From Leptolyngbya sp. BL-A-14 (GTDB taxonomy: Bacteria; Cyanobacteriota; Cyanobacteriia; Leptolyngbyales; Leptolyngbyaceae), in contig CP166621.1 in assembly GCA_041937185.1 (NCBI GenBank), forward strand, positions 2,452,571 through 2,516,570: a DNA stretch of 64,000 bases, given 5' to 3'. The notes under the pieces were generated by a model. The model saw only the letters and a program-made list of their open reading frames with translations. It did no database searches and was not told the DNA's origin. This document shows positions 30,501-39,248 of the stretch, in pieces. Position numbers and translations under genes: made by a program. Numbering within the stretch: position 1 is the first letter of the stretch; each line of letters begins with the position of its first letter.

Positions 30501-31284
30501 CTTTCTCGGCTTCCCCATGCCCCTTGTGGTTCGGGAAGATTGGATAGAGAACTTCTTTCCACCAAATATCTGAGATGGTTTCAGGAAACGCCCAGCCTTG
30601 ATAAGCAAACCAGCGGCGAAACCCTGCGACGAGTTCCTCGTAGGTGTAACGATCGTGGCTGTAGCTGAGTAACCGTTGCTCTGCATCTTTCTCCTTACGG
30701 TGGAACCCAGCAATCCGCATCGGTTGGTGCAAGCGCTCGGTAACTGGATCGGACATGAAGGCGACGATCGCCAGTCGTCTCAGGTAGTTCGCTTGCTCCA
30801 GTGGTAGATGCTGAAACGCTTTGAGATGAGCATGAATAGACTTACCGCCGCTGGTCAAGCGCGTGGCGTAGTTTAAGCCAGCAATCTGCTTGAACTGCTC
30901 GTATTTTGCCCATTGATCCTCCATTGCTAGAGAATCCATTTCGATGCCAATATCATCGGTTTCAGTGACACATCCAGCTAAAGGAAACCCGTTCGGTTGA
31001 GTGGGGATATAGGTCACGCCCCCGTCTTGATTTTGGCACCGCTCGTTAAGGTGATTCCAAGCAGTACCGACAGGCTTAAGACGTTTTCGATCCTTACCTT
31101 GACCGATCGTTGCGCGGATTGTGAAACGACCTGACTTGTTGAAGCTGCCAACAAAAACGCTGGTATCACCTTGTTTCAGCCAGATCTCACTGTTGCCGTC
31201 TTCCCCTTTGGGCTGTAGGGTGCTGATGTGCGCTTTGAAAGCTTCAAAGCCGCTAAGTCCTTGTGGAATTGAGGAAGTGTTCAT
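27505..31284 (-). CDS. Primase-helicase-like replication protein: AEP-type primase domain + Zn-ribbon + P-loop NTPase + long C-terminal region
   Basis: N-terminal domain has an acidic motif DDIGIEMD and an sGGxSIHaH-like motif TSGGKSIHAHL. Zn-ribbon CYWHD...CPAC. Walker A DGTMGVGKTA and Walker B LIVVDEAG. Start overlaps the upstream helicase stop (ATGA). Confidence 0.6.
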   Translation of the reverse strand: MNTSSIPQGLSGFEAFKAHISTLQPKGEDGNSEIWLKQGDTSVFVGSFNKSGRFTIRATIGQGKDRKRLKPVGTAWNHLNERCQNQDGGVTYIPTQPNGFPLAGCVTETDDIGIEMDSLAMEDQWAKYEQFKQIAGLNYATRLTSGGKSIHAHLKAFQHLPLEQANYLRRLAIVAFMSDPVTERLHQPMRIAGFHRKEKDAEQRLLSYSHDRYTYEELVAGFRRWFAYQGWAFPETISDIWWKEVLYPIFPNHKGHGEAEKAALVKAALEVGQAGYEAAKAQVEAERQQRREQRNQRLQAEGRSEDTQLSDLVRQTCDRLGKDAFELYNHSWQFEPSGEHARGRCYWHDSTSGNSAYISGKKGTWGYVCPACTHEKRIDAFTYWRYATYGKGAPFPRGKEYVEQAKAFLSLHGVEPPVWQPQPSRPSNVVELPTQRRQKPVAVYTAEFEGDLELLESLESDDRKQAREEAEQRRRDRWREETERIQAELNGLRIEPTIRESGRYIPKGLMRLPDKPGIILVDGTMGVGKTATALKDLVGQHRKRYPLGLEWLFTPRNLLGLQSGNTLGLPHRSTVDFARDKGRLRGTSCFESIGLISPENLPNHPPLIVVDEAGQAFKQVTYGDTCKNYHAFVIERTRQLFREVAKRDGWIVLSEDGLTNLELDFVREASGLEVVEHLKFTRQVTNPRSYYVYDSPSITGEEILIRLDKGENLVVTSDSQRWLAKIERWLQDQGIDCVFITSENSQEDWAHKCIQNPTEWLYERRPRVFGYSPTMGSGVSIDDDEGYFSGMAFHFTHLEPREAKQLCDRLRTDVPRFGYICERAATEDDLYSGSRPDLILRDLRRNKNGIAKLIDFASHAERQQDDVDLVQEWQRVDEQWNDHTTDLGFYLRHYSRYKAREAYGKTALRDNLMTIWENQGHEVTQQVLGRIDHIADDWEAVLEQIDREKAIEWAEADTSHLTPSLARSALNDPSSTSAQRLVAKKCLLEDKLPGVPLSDVDFALKAVIAKRGRFLKTTEMLWLSQHPEAAQQINRWDWLYQVSTAAKRHQFVVAHRLSVVAGKAKLLHECPLQPFIDGNVLEWDSATPEAIAVHEWALLRARQFRRFLRLTIMPKHTPTQTVNKLLRKLGYEADQVSRKGKRSDRECQYAITNREDIDRETILKALTERFLSKCEEKQETPPGSVETAVDRDSGQSAPYGENTPASPPPSWFSKDELDNIRQMWDAADCEEARSAIKQIIPLRALQAAIPELTREALAS

Positions 31285-33044
31285 TTGACCACCTCCCGCG
31301 CATCTGATAGGGCAAGGTTTAACTGCTGCTGCAAGGCTTCTAAATCAACCCCTGCAACCTTATCAGGATCGAGCGCTTCAGCTTTGGCGATATATGCTGC
31401 TTTAACCGTCTCCCATGAGGCGTTGCGATCGACTCCCAGCGTTTCATACCAGGGTGTAATCTGAAGATCAACTTCGCCCAGTTCCAGCGTCAAATGATAG
31501 CTAATCCACTGCTGCGACCATTTGCTTGCCTGATTGCAATGCCGAAACAGGTAGTTAACGAATGCTGCTTTACGGCTAGGACTATAGCGTTGGGTCAGGC
31601 AGGCATGACGCATCCACTCACCTGGTGGGTTGTGCCCAAACTCACTCACAAAATGGGCGATCGCTTCGTCAGGTGAGCGATCGGACTCGTAAGCCTGACG
31701 CTTCAATTGCCGCAACAGTTTGATTTTTTGCCGTGTCAGAGTATCGGCAAACTCGTTCAGTTGGGCTAGGACTAGCGCTTCCTGCTGGGGTTCATCTGGT
31801 TGCGCATCACCTGTAAACTCATGCCCACAATGCGGGCAAATCTGGGCGAAGACGGTCACTTCTAGCTGACAACCAGGACAGGTCTTGGTAAGCGGCTGTA
31901 CGTCATCATCCTGAACTGGCTGACTGATGTCGTAATCCTGGAACCCCATCGGGTTGCCAAACCGCTTCAAATTGCCGCCAAAATCGAGCAGGAAGTAATC
32001 TGTTTTACCTGGATAAGGACGGCTACCACGTCCAGCTGTCTGCTGAAACAATGCCCGTGACTTGGTGGCTCGAACATACAGAATCGCGCTGATTGCAGGT
32101 AGATCAAACCCAGCCGTTAGGCAACCGACGGAGCAAATCACTTTGGTGATTCCCCGCCGAACACGCTCGATGATTGCCTCGCGTTCATGGGCAGGCGTTG
32201 ACCCGACGATCACTTCAGCCGCAATGCCGCGCTGATTGAAGCGATCGCATTGCCGTCGCGCTTGCTCAACGGTTGCCCCTACCATCAGCGTTGGGCGATC
32301 CGGGCAAAGCCTCAACCATTCGTCAATAACGTGATCCAGTGCTTCTGCTTTACAGGCTTGTTCGGCGATGTCCGAATCAACGAATGTGCCACCTCTAACG
32401 CGAAGCGTTTCTAGATCAATCGCACCTGCTAGGTGAAAGCCGCGACAGGAGACAGCGCCGCCACGCTTAATGATCTCTGGTGGCTGTGGTCCAAGAACAG
32501 CTTTGTCGTACCGTTGCCCTAGACATTCTTTAGAGCTTAAGCGCCAGGGTGTAGCCGTTAGACCGATTTTAATGGCATTGGGAAAGAAGTTATCGATCGC
32601 GGCGTAGGCTGATTGGAAGGCGCTGATATGCGCTTCATCCGCCACAATCACATCAATACAGCCCAGCAGAGCGCCTAAGTCTTGACCACGACGCAGCCTG
32701 CTGGAGATGGTCTGAAGTGAGGCAACGATAACGGGTGCCGCCTCGTCCACTGGGCGATCGCCTTGCAGGATGGTGCAGTGAACGCCAAAGGATTGTAGAG
32801 TGCGAGCCGTTTGCTCTAGCAGCACATTGAGCGAGACCAGAAACACGCAGCGTCTACCCTTGCTGATAGCATCCTGCATAATCTGGGCGGCGATGACTGT
32901 TTTCCCGGCACCCATGACGGCAATCATCAAGACACGTAGGCATTTGGAGCGGATCAGGGCGTAAACCCCAGCAATCATGGCGATTTGGTAATCGCGCAAC
33001 TGAATTGTCTGCTGCTGCGGAATGGTAATGGTTTGGGCGATCAT
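31281..33044 (-). CDS. ResIII-like SF2 (DEAH) helicase with C-terminal Zn-ribbon and degenerate J-domain-like tail
   Basis: Motif I AVMGAGKT, motif II VIVADEAH, motif VI QTAGRGSR, Zn-ribbon CPGCQ...CPHCGH, and tail WYETLGV...AAYIAKAEALDPDK. Confidence 0.7.
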   Translation of the reverse strand: MIAQTITIPQQQTIQLRDYQIAMIAGVYALIRSKCLRVLMIAVMGAGKTVIAAQIMQDAISKGRRCVFLVSLNVLLEQTARTLQSFGVHCTILQGDRPVDEAAPVIVASLQTISSRLRRGQDLGALLGCIDVIVADEAHISAFQSAYAAIDNFFPNAIKIGLTATPWRLSSKECLGQRYDKAVLGPQPPEIIKRGGAVSCRGFHLAGAIDLETLRVRGGTFVDSDIAEQACKAEALDHVIDEWLRLCPDRPTLMVGATVEQARRQCDRFNQRGIAAEVIVGSTPAHEREAIIERVRRGITKVICSVGCLTAGFDLPAISAILYVRATKSRALFQQTAGRGSRPYPGKTDYFLLDFGGNLKRFGNPMGFQDYDISQPVQDDDVQPLTKTCPGCQLEVTVFAQICPHCGHEFTGDAQPDEPQQEALVLAQLNEFADTLTRQKIKLLRQLKRQAYESDRSPDEAIAHFVSEFGHNPPGEWMRHACLTQRYSPSRKAAFVNYLFRHCNQASKWSQQWISYHLTLELGEVDLQITPWYETLGVDRNASWETVKAAYIAKAEALDPDKVAGVDLEALQQQLNLALSDAREVVK

Positions 33045-33235
33045 GCGTCACCCCCTTTACCAACCGTTGATCGCTCAAGTCTCCAAAGCTCGAAAGCTTT
33101 ACGGTAAGAGCTTTTCACAAACCCGTTATAGGCAGCACTTTGATCGAGTAAAAGCAGGCGTTGCCAAGCTTGCGGCACTTGGGAAATCGTCTTAAAGCTG
33201 GCTTCAATACGCTCAAAATCAATGGGATTACTCAC
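33041..33235 (-). CDS. Small hypothetical protein, first gene of the replication operon
   Basis: 64 aa; its stop overlaps the helicase start. Confidence 0.35.
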   Translation of the reverse strand: MSNPIDFERIEASFKTISQVPQAWQRLLLLDQSAAYNGFVKSSYRKAFELWRLERSTVGKGGDA

Positions 33236-33778
33236 TTTGCAATTCCTCCTGCTAAAGAAAGAAGTTGCAGAATGAGACTCACTAGACTAATATGAGACTG
33301 ACTAATCTTCAGGAGATAGAGTGTCATGCTACCTCCTTTCGATTCTGAGAAGTCTGAGCGTTTTGCTTGGCGGCACGCCGTTTGGCTTCCATTCGCTGCC
33401 AGCGCTGCAACAATCGTTTCTGCTGATTGTTGAGAAAAGAGCCTGTCTGCTGTCGTTGCAGTAGGGCTTGAGCCTGTCTTCGGAGTCGAGAGTGGTAGTG
33501 AGAGAGCGGTCTGAGGGCTGTTACACCCTGCGGCTTATCAGCTATCATTTCCATTGCAAAGCTACCCACTTCCTGGGTGGGTTCTAATGTTGCCTGAAGG
33601 CGATCGCTCAGTCCAGGCGTCGGAAACTTGGGAACCGAAGCGGTCGCCTTTTGATGTGCCCAGGCGTCGGACTTGGGAACACATCAGATAGCCACTTCAG
33701 CACTGCGCGATCGCGGTTATTCTTCTTTGATACTCGATTCAGAAAAAAGATAGGAAAAGTCGCGACGGTTAACACTTC

Positions 33779-34570
33779 TTAACATTTTGGGTATGGTAGC
33801 GGGCTGTGATTCTTTGTATCAAACCTCTGCCCGCCTCTCCACAAGGGGAGAATTAGTCTATATCCCTCGTCTTTTTTTGATTTACAGTAATGTGCACAAA
33901 CAGCTGCTTGTGCACACAAAAACGATTTCCAGTAAGGTCTTATGGGTGCTCTATAACGCTGCTCCCATAGAGAAGCAATCAGAAAGCTCAACCATCCTCC
34001 CTCTTTCTTGGATTGTTCTAACCAAGCTTTCACCGTCTCAGGATCGGCTCTATCTCTGTAAAGGCTACTAATAAACCTTAATCCGCTTTGCATTTCTGCG
34101 AGGGTCATCTTTGAATCCTCTGTCGTTCCAATAAGAAACTCTTGAACTTCGGACTCTACAGAGTCTGCGATAATTTCCACCAGCATCTCTCTGGGGTTTG
34201 TGAACGGAAAGGCTCTCCCATGATTTCTCGCTGTTTCTCGCGCAAAAACAAATCCGTTCATTTCGCGAGTGGGGTCGCAGACCAACAGCTGCAAAATTGA
34301 AAAGTACCAGTCGCTAGTAACTTTGATGTGTATAGATAGAGCCGGGTGCAAAATCTCGTCTTTACAGGGATCTCCTTCTCCACTTACTAAATAACCTGTT
34401 TGGACTGCTTGCAAATAATCAAGCCTCGCTGCCCACCATCCGCAAGTATTATTAAGCTCTCCCCAACGCTTCTTCTGAGGAAAGCTCCAGTCTTTTTGAA
34501 TCTGAGTTGTGGGGAGCTTCTGAATTGCTAGAAGCATCTGTTTGAAACTTGAGTCTTCTGTATTAGCCAT
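33779..34570 (-). CDS. Hypothetical protein
   Basis: ~263-aa ORF with no recognisable motif. Probable start MANTEDS at 34570; the ORF begins at 34582. Confidence 0.4.
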   Translation of the reverse strand: MANTEDSSFKQMLLAIQKLPTTQIQKDWSFPQKKRWGELNNTCGWWAARLDYLQAVQTGYLVSGEGDPCKDEILHPALSIHIKVTSDWYFSILQLLVCDPTREMNGFVFARETARNHGRAFPFTNPREMLVEIIADSVESEVQEFLIGTTEDSKMTLAEMQSGLRFISSLYRDRADPETVKAWLEQSKKEGGWLSFLIASLWEQRYRAPIRPYWKSFLCAQAAVCAHYCKSKKDEGYRLILPLWRGGQRFDTKNHSPLPYPKC

Positions 34571-34674
34571 CGCTAAAACCATTTCAATTGCTTTGCAACG
34601 CTCTGCCTTAATATCTGAAACTCTTAAACCCGCTCAAAATTGACGAGCATCGATTAATTTAGGCATTCTCACAC

Positions 34675-35253
34675 CTAAATACCCTTGCGAAACTCTTTAG
34701 CCGCCTCAAGCCTAGATGTTTCAGCCAGCAAGACGCAACGTGAAAGGTGAGCCATATCGAGAGAAGCCAGTTCAGGGATTTCACTACAATCGATGCGCTC
34801 ATAGCCATCAGCCCGCAACCTATAGAGGCTAAATAGCCCATCCTCCCAGAACCAGACCTCAGGCACACCTAACGCCTGATACCTTTGCAGTTTAGCTGTG
34901 CTGCCACTGCTAAAGATGACCTCGATCGACAGGTCTGGTGGTGTTTTCGGCTGTCCAATGCAGTACGACTCATCGGCTTGGGCAGAGACGACATTCTCGC
35001 GCTCTTGAGTAACAGAGCCAGTTGGCGCAAACTCAATGTTCTTCGCCAAAAAGAACGCCTCCAGCAGCATCCCAATCACTGACTTGAAAAACTCGTGGTC
35101 AAGACCTGGCATGAGGATTTCGATCGTCCCTTCGTAATAAGCCAACCGCACACCGGGCGAATCTTCTGACGCTTGCTGAATGAGCTTAAATTTGTCCCAA
35201 GTTCCTTGCAGAATGATGCGCTGGTCAGGGGCTTTTGAGAGTACCTGCGTCAT
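34675..35253 (-). CDS. Uma2 family (DUF820) endonuclease-like protein
   Basis: ...LQGTWDKFKLIQQ...YYEGTIEILMPG...PDLSIEVIFSSGS...YQALGVPEVWFWE. Confidence 0.7.
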   Translation of the reverse strand: MTQVLSKAPDQRIILQGTWDKFKLIQQASEDSPGVRLAYYEGTIEILMPGLDHEFFKSVIGMLLEAFFLAKNIEFAPTGSVTQERENVVSAQADESYCIGQPKTPPDLSIEVIFSSGSTAKLQRYQALGVPEVWFWEDGLFSLYRLRADGYERIDCSEIPELASLDMAHLSRCVLLAETSRLEAAKEFRKGI

Positions 35254-35259
35254 GGTGAA

Positions 35260-35469
35260 TCACTTCTCCTTCGATGGAGGCTGTTTTGCCCACTCTGCCC
35301 CTTTCTCCTTCGCTTCAATCACAGCTCTCTCTAGCAAAAAATTGCAGAGGTTGGCAAGAGGTCTTCCATCGTAATCCGCCCATTTTTGTAAGTCATCACC
35401 TATACGGTCGGGAAGTGTCACCTGAATCTTACGGGGCATGGTTCCTGCTGTCTTGGCTACATCCTGCAT
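35260..35469 (-). CDS. Ribbon-helix-helix (CopG/antitoxin-like) DNA-binding protein
   Basis: 69 aa with a beta strand PRKIQVTLPDRIGDDLQKWA followed by helices. It lies 6 nt upstream of the Uma2 gene. Confidence 0.5.
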   Translation of the reverse strand: MQDVAKTAGTMPRKIQVTLPDRIGDDLQKWADYDGRPLANLCNFLLERAVIEAKEKGAEWAKQPPSKEK

Positions 35470-35682
35470 GGTATCTCCTACAAGTTAAAGGTTTGAAATT
35501 GACACTTATAGATTGTAAATCAACAGTTGCAATACAGTTATAGCTATGTTAACACTGTAATCAGGAAGTGGAACACGACAGAAACTAAGTGAACGGTTGG
35601 TGAAACGAAAGAATCGTGTTCCTAGCCGTTCCAAAGCGTTCCAACCTGTTCCAAAGCAGTTCCCATAAGCATTTGAGGAAAT

Positions 35683-36246
35683 ATGAATACTTCGCTCTCC
35701 AAGTTTTGCAAAGATCACGACTTGCCCAAGTCCAGCGTTTATCGCCGCGCCCAAGAATTGAATATTGACACCAGCGATGGGCTATCGCCTGAAGCCTGCG
35801 ATCGACTGCTGCACGAGTTTGATGTGGTGGCTGAGACACCACCCGTAGAGCCAGCGTCGGCAGAGCAGCAAACCGTCACCGTCGAAGTTGGCAACCATCA
35901 GATCGTGCTGTCGCAGCCAACAATGCCACAGACCTATAGCCTGGAATCATTGCGACAAAGTGAAGTCGTAGCGTTTGATGATCCGCTGGCGATCGCCGCC
36001 CAGTTCCTTGAAACTGCCGATGTGCTTACCGCAGAGATGCAGCGAGACATCCGAGTACGCGAGCAGAAGTTGCAGCAGACTCAGCAAGCGAAGAATGCGA
36101 TCGCGGAGAAAGCCACTGAATTTAAGCTAGAGGCGCGTCTCTACCGGGAGCGTACGGAAATGTTAGCCACAGCGCAAAGCCAGGAAACGCAAGGCTTACA
36201 GCAGTCTCTATCAACCTTGCAAAGCCTGGGAAAGCCTCAAGAATGA
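35683..36246 (+). CDS. Hypothetical protein with N-terminal HTH-like segment and Q-rich coiled coil
   Basis: KFCKDHDLPKSSVYRRAQELNI, then a coiled-coil region. Confidence 0.4.
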   Translation: MNTSLSKFCKDHDLPKSSVYRRAQELNIDTSDGLSPEACDRLLHEFDVVAETPPVEPASAEQQTVTVEVGNHQIVLSQPTMPQTYSLESLRQSEVVAFDDPLAIAAQFLETADVLTAEMQRDIRVREQKLQQTQQAKNAIAEKATEFKLEARLYRERTEMLATAQSQETQGLQQSLSTLQSLGKPQE

Positions 36247-36416
36247 GCAGGCAGTTACACCCCATCTGGTTGGTAGCCTACCTGCTTTGCGTTCTGGCGA
36301 TCGTCGTCGTTGGCGGTGTAGCGATCGCTTATGTTCAAAAGTCCATCAAGCCAGTGCCAAGCGTCGCCCCAATCAAAGGGTTGACGCTGGTACTGACTCC
36401 CATCCATCACTCCTAA
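36243..36416 (+). CDS. Small membrane protein (57 aa), translationally coupled (ATGA)
   Basis: Hand translation: MSRQLHPIWLVAYLLCVLAIVVVGGVAIAYVQKS... It is below the ORF-track size cut-off. Confidence 0.3.
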   Translation: MSRQLHPIWLVAYLLCVLAIVVVGGVAIAYVQKSIKPVPSVAPIKGLTLVLTPIHHS

Positions 36417-36465
36417 TATTCCCTACTAATCTGATCATTTATCTCTGAAAGAGGAGTTAGCCCTT

Positions 36466-36714
36466 ATGATGACCCACCTGCCACCTTTTGCCAAGGCAAT
36501 GCTGGGGCTGTATGCCGTCGATAGCGCGATGCCTATCCCTGGCGTTTACCTGGATGTGAACTTTATCGACCTAACGCGTGAGATTCAAGCGCTAGAGCAC
36601 GTTGACGATCGCAGTCGCTACCAAATGGGCTTGCAACTGCTGACTGAAGCAGGCGAGGAGCGCTTCAAGGACGTGCAGCCCACCACTGAATTATTGAACG
36701 TTACACAAATCTAA
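36466..36714 (+). CDS. Hypothetical protein
   Basis: ORF in an ordered plus-strand gene array. Confidence 0.35.
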   Translation: MMTHLPPFAKAMLGLYAVDSAMPIPGVYLDVNFIDLTREIQALEHVDDRSRYQMGLQLLTEAGEERFKDVQPTTELLNVTQI

Positions 36715-36785
36715 GCAGAAGCCAGCGCTGAACCTTCCACAGCTTGACGCTGGCTTTGTTCTCCCAACTGCACTAGGAGTATCCC

Positions 36786-37016
36786 ATGATTACGTCCCAC
36801 TACAACGAAACGTACATTACAGACCATGTACAGCGGTTCAACCAAGCTACAGCACAGGGTAAGCACGCCCTCGCCGTGGATTCGCTGTGGAGAATCAGCA
36901 GTAACGCAGACTTGCACAGCATTGAGCAGCTGAACGAGTTCACCCGCAACGGCATGCCTGAAAACATCCAGACCGACATTATCGCCTGGTGCCGTTTGCA
37001 AGGTTTTGACATCTAA
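36786..37016 (+). CDS. Hypothetical protein
   Basis: ORF in an ordered plus-strand gene array. Confidence 0.35.
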   Translation: MITSHYNETYITDHVQRFNQATAQGKHALAVDSLWRISSNADLHSIEQLNEFTRNGMPENIQTDIIAWCRLQGFDI

Positions 37017-37095
37017 CCACGCGAAAGGGCTGCGTCCGATCAAGTCAGCAGCCCTCTAGCCTTCCCGTCCATCTACAAACAGGAATAACCCCATC

Positions 37096-37641
37096 ATGCC
37101 TGATCCAACGCCTTTAGACGGTCAATACTTCCAGCTTCATCCTGTCCAACCGCCGAAACCAAAACCCGGCATGAGCTGGGGTGTCCCACTGTCGATCGGA
37201 CTGTTATCCATTCCGTTACTCATGTTTGGCTTTGGTTTTTCGCAGCAGCAGCGATCGCCTGAACCGGCGCAAGCGCTTACGCCTTCACCGATCGCCAGTG
37301 CTGCCAACCTGGACGCACTGTTGCCGACTCCAACGCCTTCTGCAACGCCTGAAACCCAGCAATTCCCGGTCATTGAGCCTTCACCGATTGCACAGCAGCC
37401 GATCGACTCTGCCACTCTGCCAGTTGCCAAAATCAAAGCTTTTAACATGGCAGCAAACCTTCGCACCGCGCCCAGTCTCTACAGCCGCATTGAAGGCGTA
37501 TTGTTTTTTGACGACCTAGTTGAATTGCGCCCCGATCGTCGCGTGCAGCAAGACGGCGTGGTGTGGGTACCCGTGCGGTATCGGGGTGTTAACGGCTGGG
37601 TGGCTCAGAACTTTATCGGAGGATCACTCAATGGAATCTAA
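37096..37641 (+). CDS. Membrane-anchored proline-rich protein with C-terminal SH3b domain
   Basis: TM helix VPLSIGLLSIPLLMFGFGF, a Pro-rich linker, and C-terminal ANLRTAPS...VWVPVRYRGVNGWVAQNFI. Confidence 0.5.
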   Translation: MPDPTPLDGQYFQLHPVQPPKPKPGMSWGVPLSIGLLSIPLLMFGFGFSQQQRSPEPAQALTPSPIASAANLDALLPTPTPSATPETQQFPVIEPSPIAQQPIDSATLPVAKIKAFNMAANLRTAPSLYSRIEGVLFFDDLVELRPDRRVQQDGVVWVPVRYRGVNGWVAQNFIGGSLNGI

Positions 37642-37996
37642 GCAACTACCGCTTGCCACTGAACACAAGCTAGCTGTCTGGGCTGACCAGTCAGGCGTAC
37701 CCTACCTGGTCAAAAAGCAAGCCGATGGCAGTACCACTTTTACGCCACTAGAAACCGCTCTGGCTCAACCGCAAACGCCTGTAATGACTGAGCGAGTGAC
37801 AACCAATCGAGATCCGCTAGCAACGCTGCTCATCGGCGTTGCCGCTCTGCTGGGTGTGATTTTGCTCGGTTACGGTATTGGCTTTCTGGCAGGTGCCAAC
37901 GGTCAACGAGTGGTCATTGTGCCGTCTACGCCTGTCTGCGATACCCACCGCAGTTCGTTTCTGTTCTGGTCCTCTGAAAACAAGGAATGCAACTAA
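37631..37996 (+). CDS. Small membrane protein
   Basis: TM helix LLIGVAALLGVILLGYGIGFLAG. The start at 37631 overlaps the upstream gene's end. Confidence 0.4.
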   Translation: MESKQLPLATEHKLAVWADQSGVPYLVKKQADGSTTFTPLETALAQPQTPVMTERVTTNRDPLATLLIGVAALLGVILLGYGIGFLAGANGQRVVIVPSTPVCDTHRSSFLFWSSENKECN

Positions 37997-38652
37997 TGAG
38001 TGCACCAAGAGTTAAAGGCTACGGAACCACCAACCCGAAAGGGATTCAGTCCCACGTCTCCGGTCATGCTGGACTGCTGGCCGATCGTGCGGTGCGTTAT
38101 TTCGGCATCGATCCGACAGCCGTACCAGGGATGAGCGATCGTGAGCTGGGTCAACTGGCAGACCGAGCGATTGCGATGGAAAACCTTGTCAAAATTCTGC
38201 CGATCGTGGAAAAGCACTTTAAAACCCTGATTGAAGGTCAAGTCGAGTACGAGCAGTTCTGCCAGCGCGTCTATGCCGAGGTTGCTAAAGGCTCAAAATC
38301 AATCGACAAGACGGTTTTAGACGCTTGGCTACTGAGTAAAGGGTATGACAAGCATCTGCAATTGATGAATCAGAAAGCAGGTCACGGGCTGGAACGGCTC
38401 AATGCTGAGTTTCGCAGTGAGTACGACCTGAACCGCCTGGACTTCCAGAGCGCGATCAAACTCATCCACTTAAGGCATCAGACCAAAGCGAAAGCGATCG
38501 GGGAGAAAGTGCCCAGAGCTGTAGAGCAGATGAAGGTGCAAGAGGTGCTCAGGAAGCAAGCAGAGCAGCGCAAAGAGTTGCTTGAATACGGCACCAAAGG
38601 CAAGCCCGGTAAAGGCTTCATGGCTGGCGTTAGAGCGTTCTTTGGAGGCTAG
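37987..38652 (+). CDS. Hypothetical protein
   Basis: 221-aa ORF, overlaps adjacent genes in the array. Confidence 0.4.
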   Translation: MQLMSAPRVKGYGTTNPKGIQSHVSGHAGLLADRAVRYFGIDPTAVPGMSDRELGQLADRAIAMENLVKILPIVEKHFKTLIEGQVEYEQFCQRVYAEVAKGSKSIDKTVLDAWLLSKGYDKHLQLMNQKAGHGLERLNAEFRSEYDLNRLDFQSAIKLIHLRHQTKAKAIGEKVPRAVEQMKVQEVLRKQAEQRKELLEYGTKGKPGKGFMAGVRAFFGG

Positions 38653-38658
38653 AACCCC

Positions 38659-38907
38659 ATGTTTGTGAACTGCAATTTTTCGCCCGATGAAGTTTCAGCC
38701 ATTTTGTTTGAGGCTGCGTGCAAGAACCTGGGACTGAAGCGAGCCGATTTTGAGTTAACTGGCTTGAAGCCGCTTGACTACAACGACGAGGAAGTCAGCG
38801 ACGAGCCAGAAAGCTATCAAGTCTCGCTTCGTCCCAAGCCGCTTTTTGCTGAATCTGTTTTTAACCAGGAGGAGCAATCATGTTCGACCGCTATCAATCA
38901 CCCCTGA
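38659..38907 (+). CDS. Hypothetical acidic protein
   Basis: ORF in the array. Confidence 0.3.
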   Translation: MFVNCNFSPDEVSAILFEAACKNLGLKRADFELTGLKPLDYNDEEVSDEPESYQVSLRPKPLFAESVFNQEEQSCSTAINHP

Positions 38908-39248
38908 TGTTGCCTGGCTACGAGCCCGAAGACGAGCCACAGGAAGACGATCGCATTGATTACGCGCTGCAAGGGATTAGCCGTTTTACGGGGCTGTTTG
39001 CCTTGGGCGTGACCGTTACTTTAGTTGTGCGCTGGATGCCCGCACTCTTGCCCTTCTATTGGATTGGGGCGATCGCCTGCATTCTTTCCTTAGCGCTGCC
39101 TGCCTATCTTTCCCGTAGCGCAAGGTTACTGGCAATTGCAATCGCGCTCATTGTTGCCATCTTCTCAGGTTGGTTTGATGCACTCAACCACACCACACAG
39201 CAGCTCAATCAACAAGTCCAAACGCAAGTGAAGGAGGTATTGAAGTGA
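38880..39248 (+). CDS. Membrane protein (3 predicted TM segments)
   Basis: Hydrophobic segments. Its stop overlaps the start of the downstream ATPase gene. Confidence 0.4.
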   Translation: MFDRYQSPLMLPGYEPEDEPQEDDRIDYALQGISRFTGLFALGVTVTLVVRWMPALLPFYWIGAIACILSLALPAYLSRSARLLAIAIALIVAIFSGWFDALNHTTQQLNQQVQTQVKEVLK

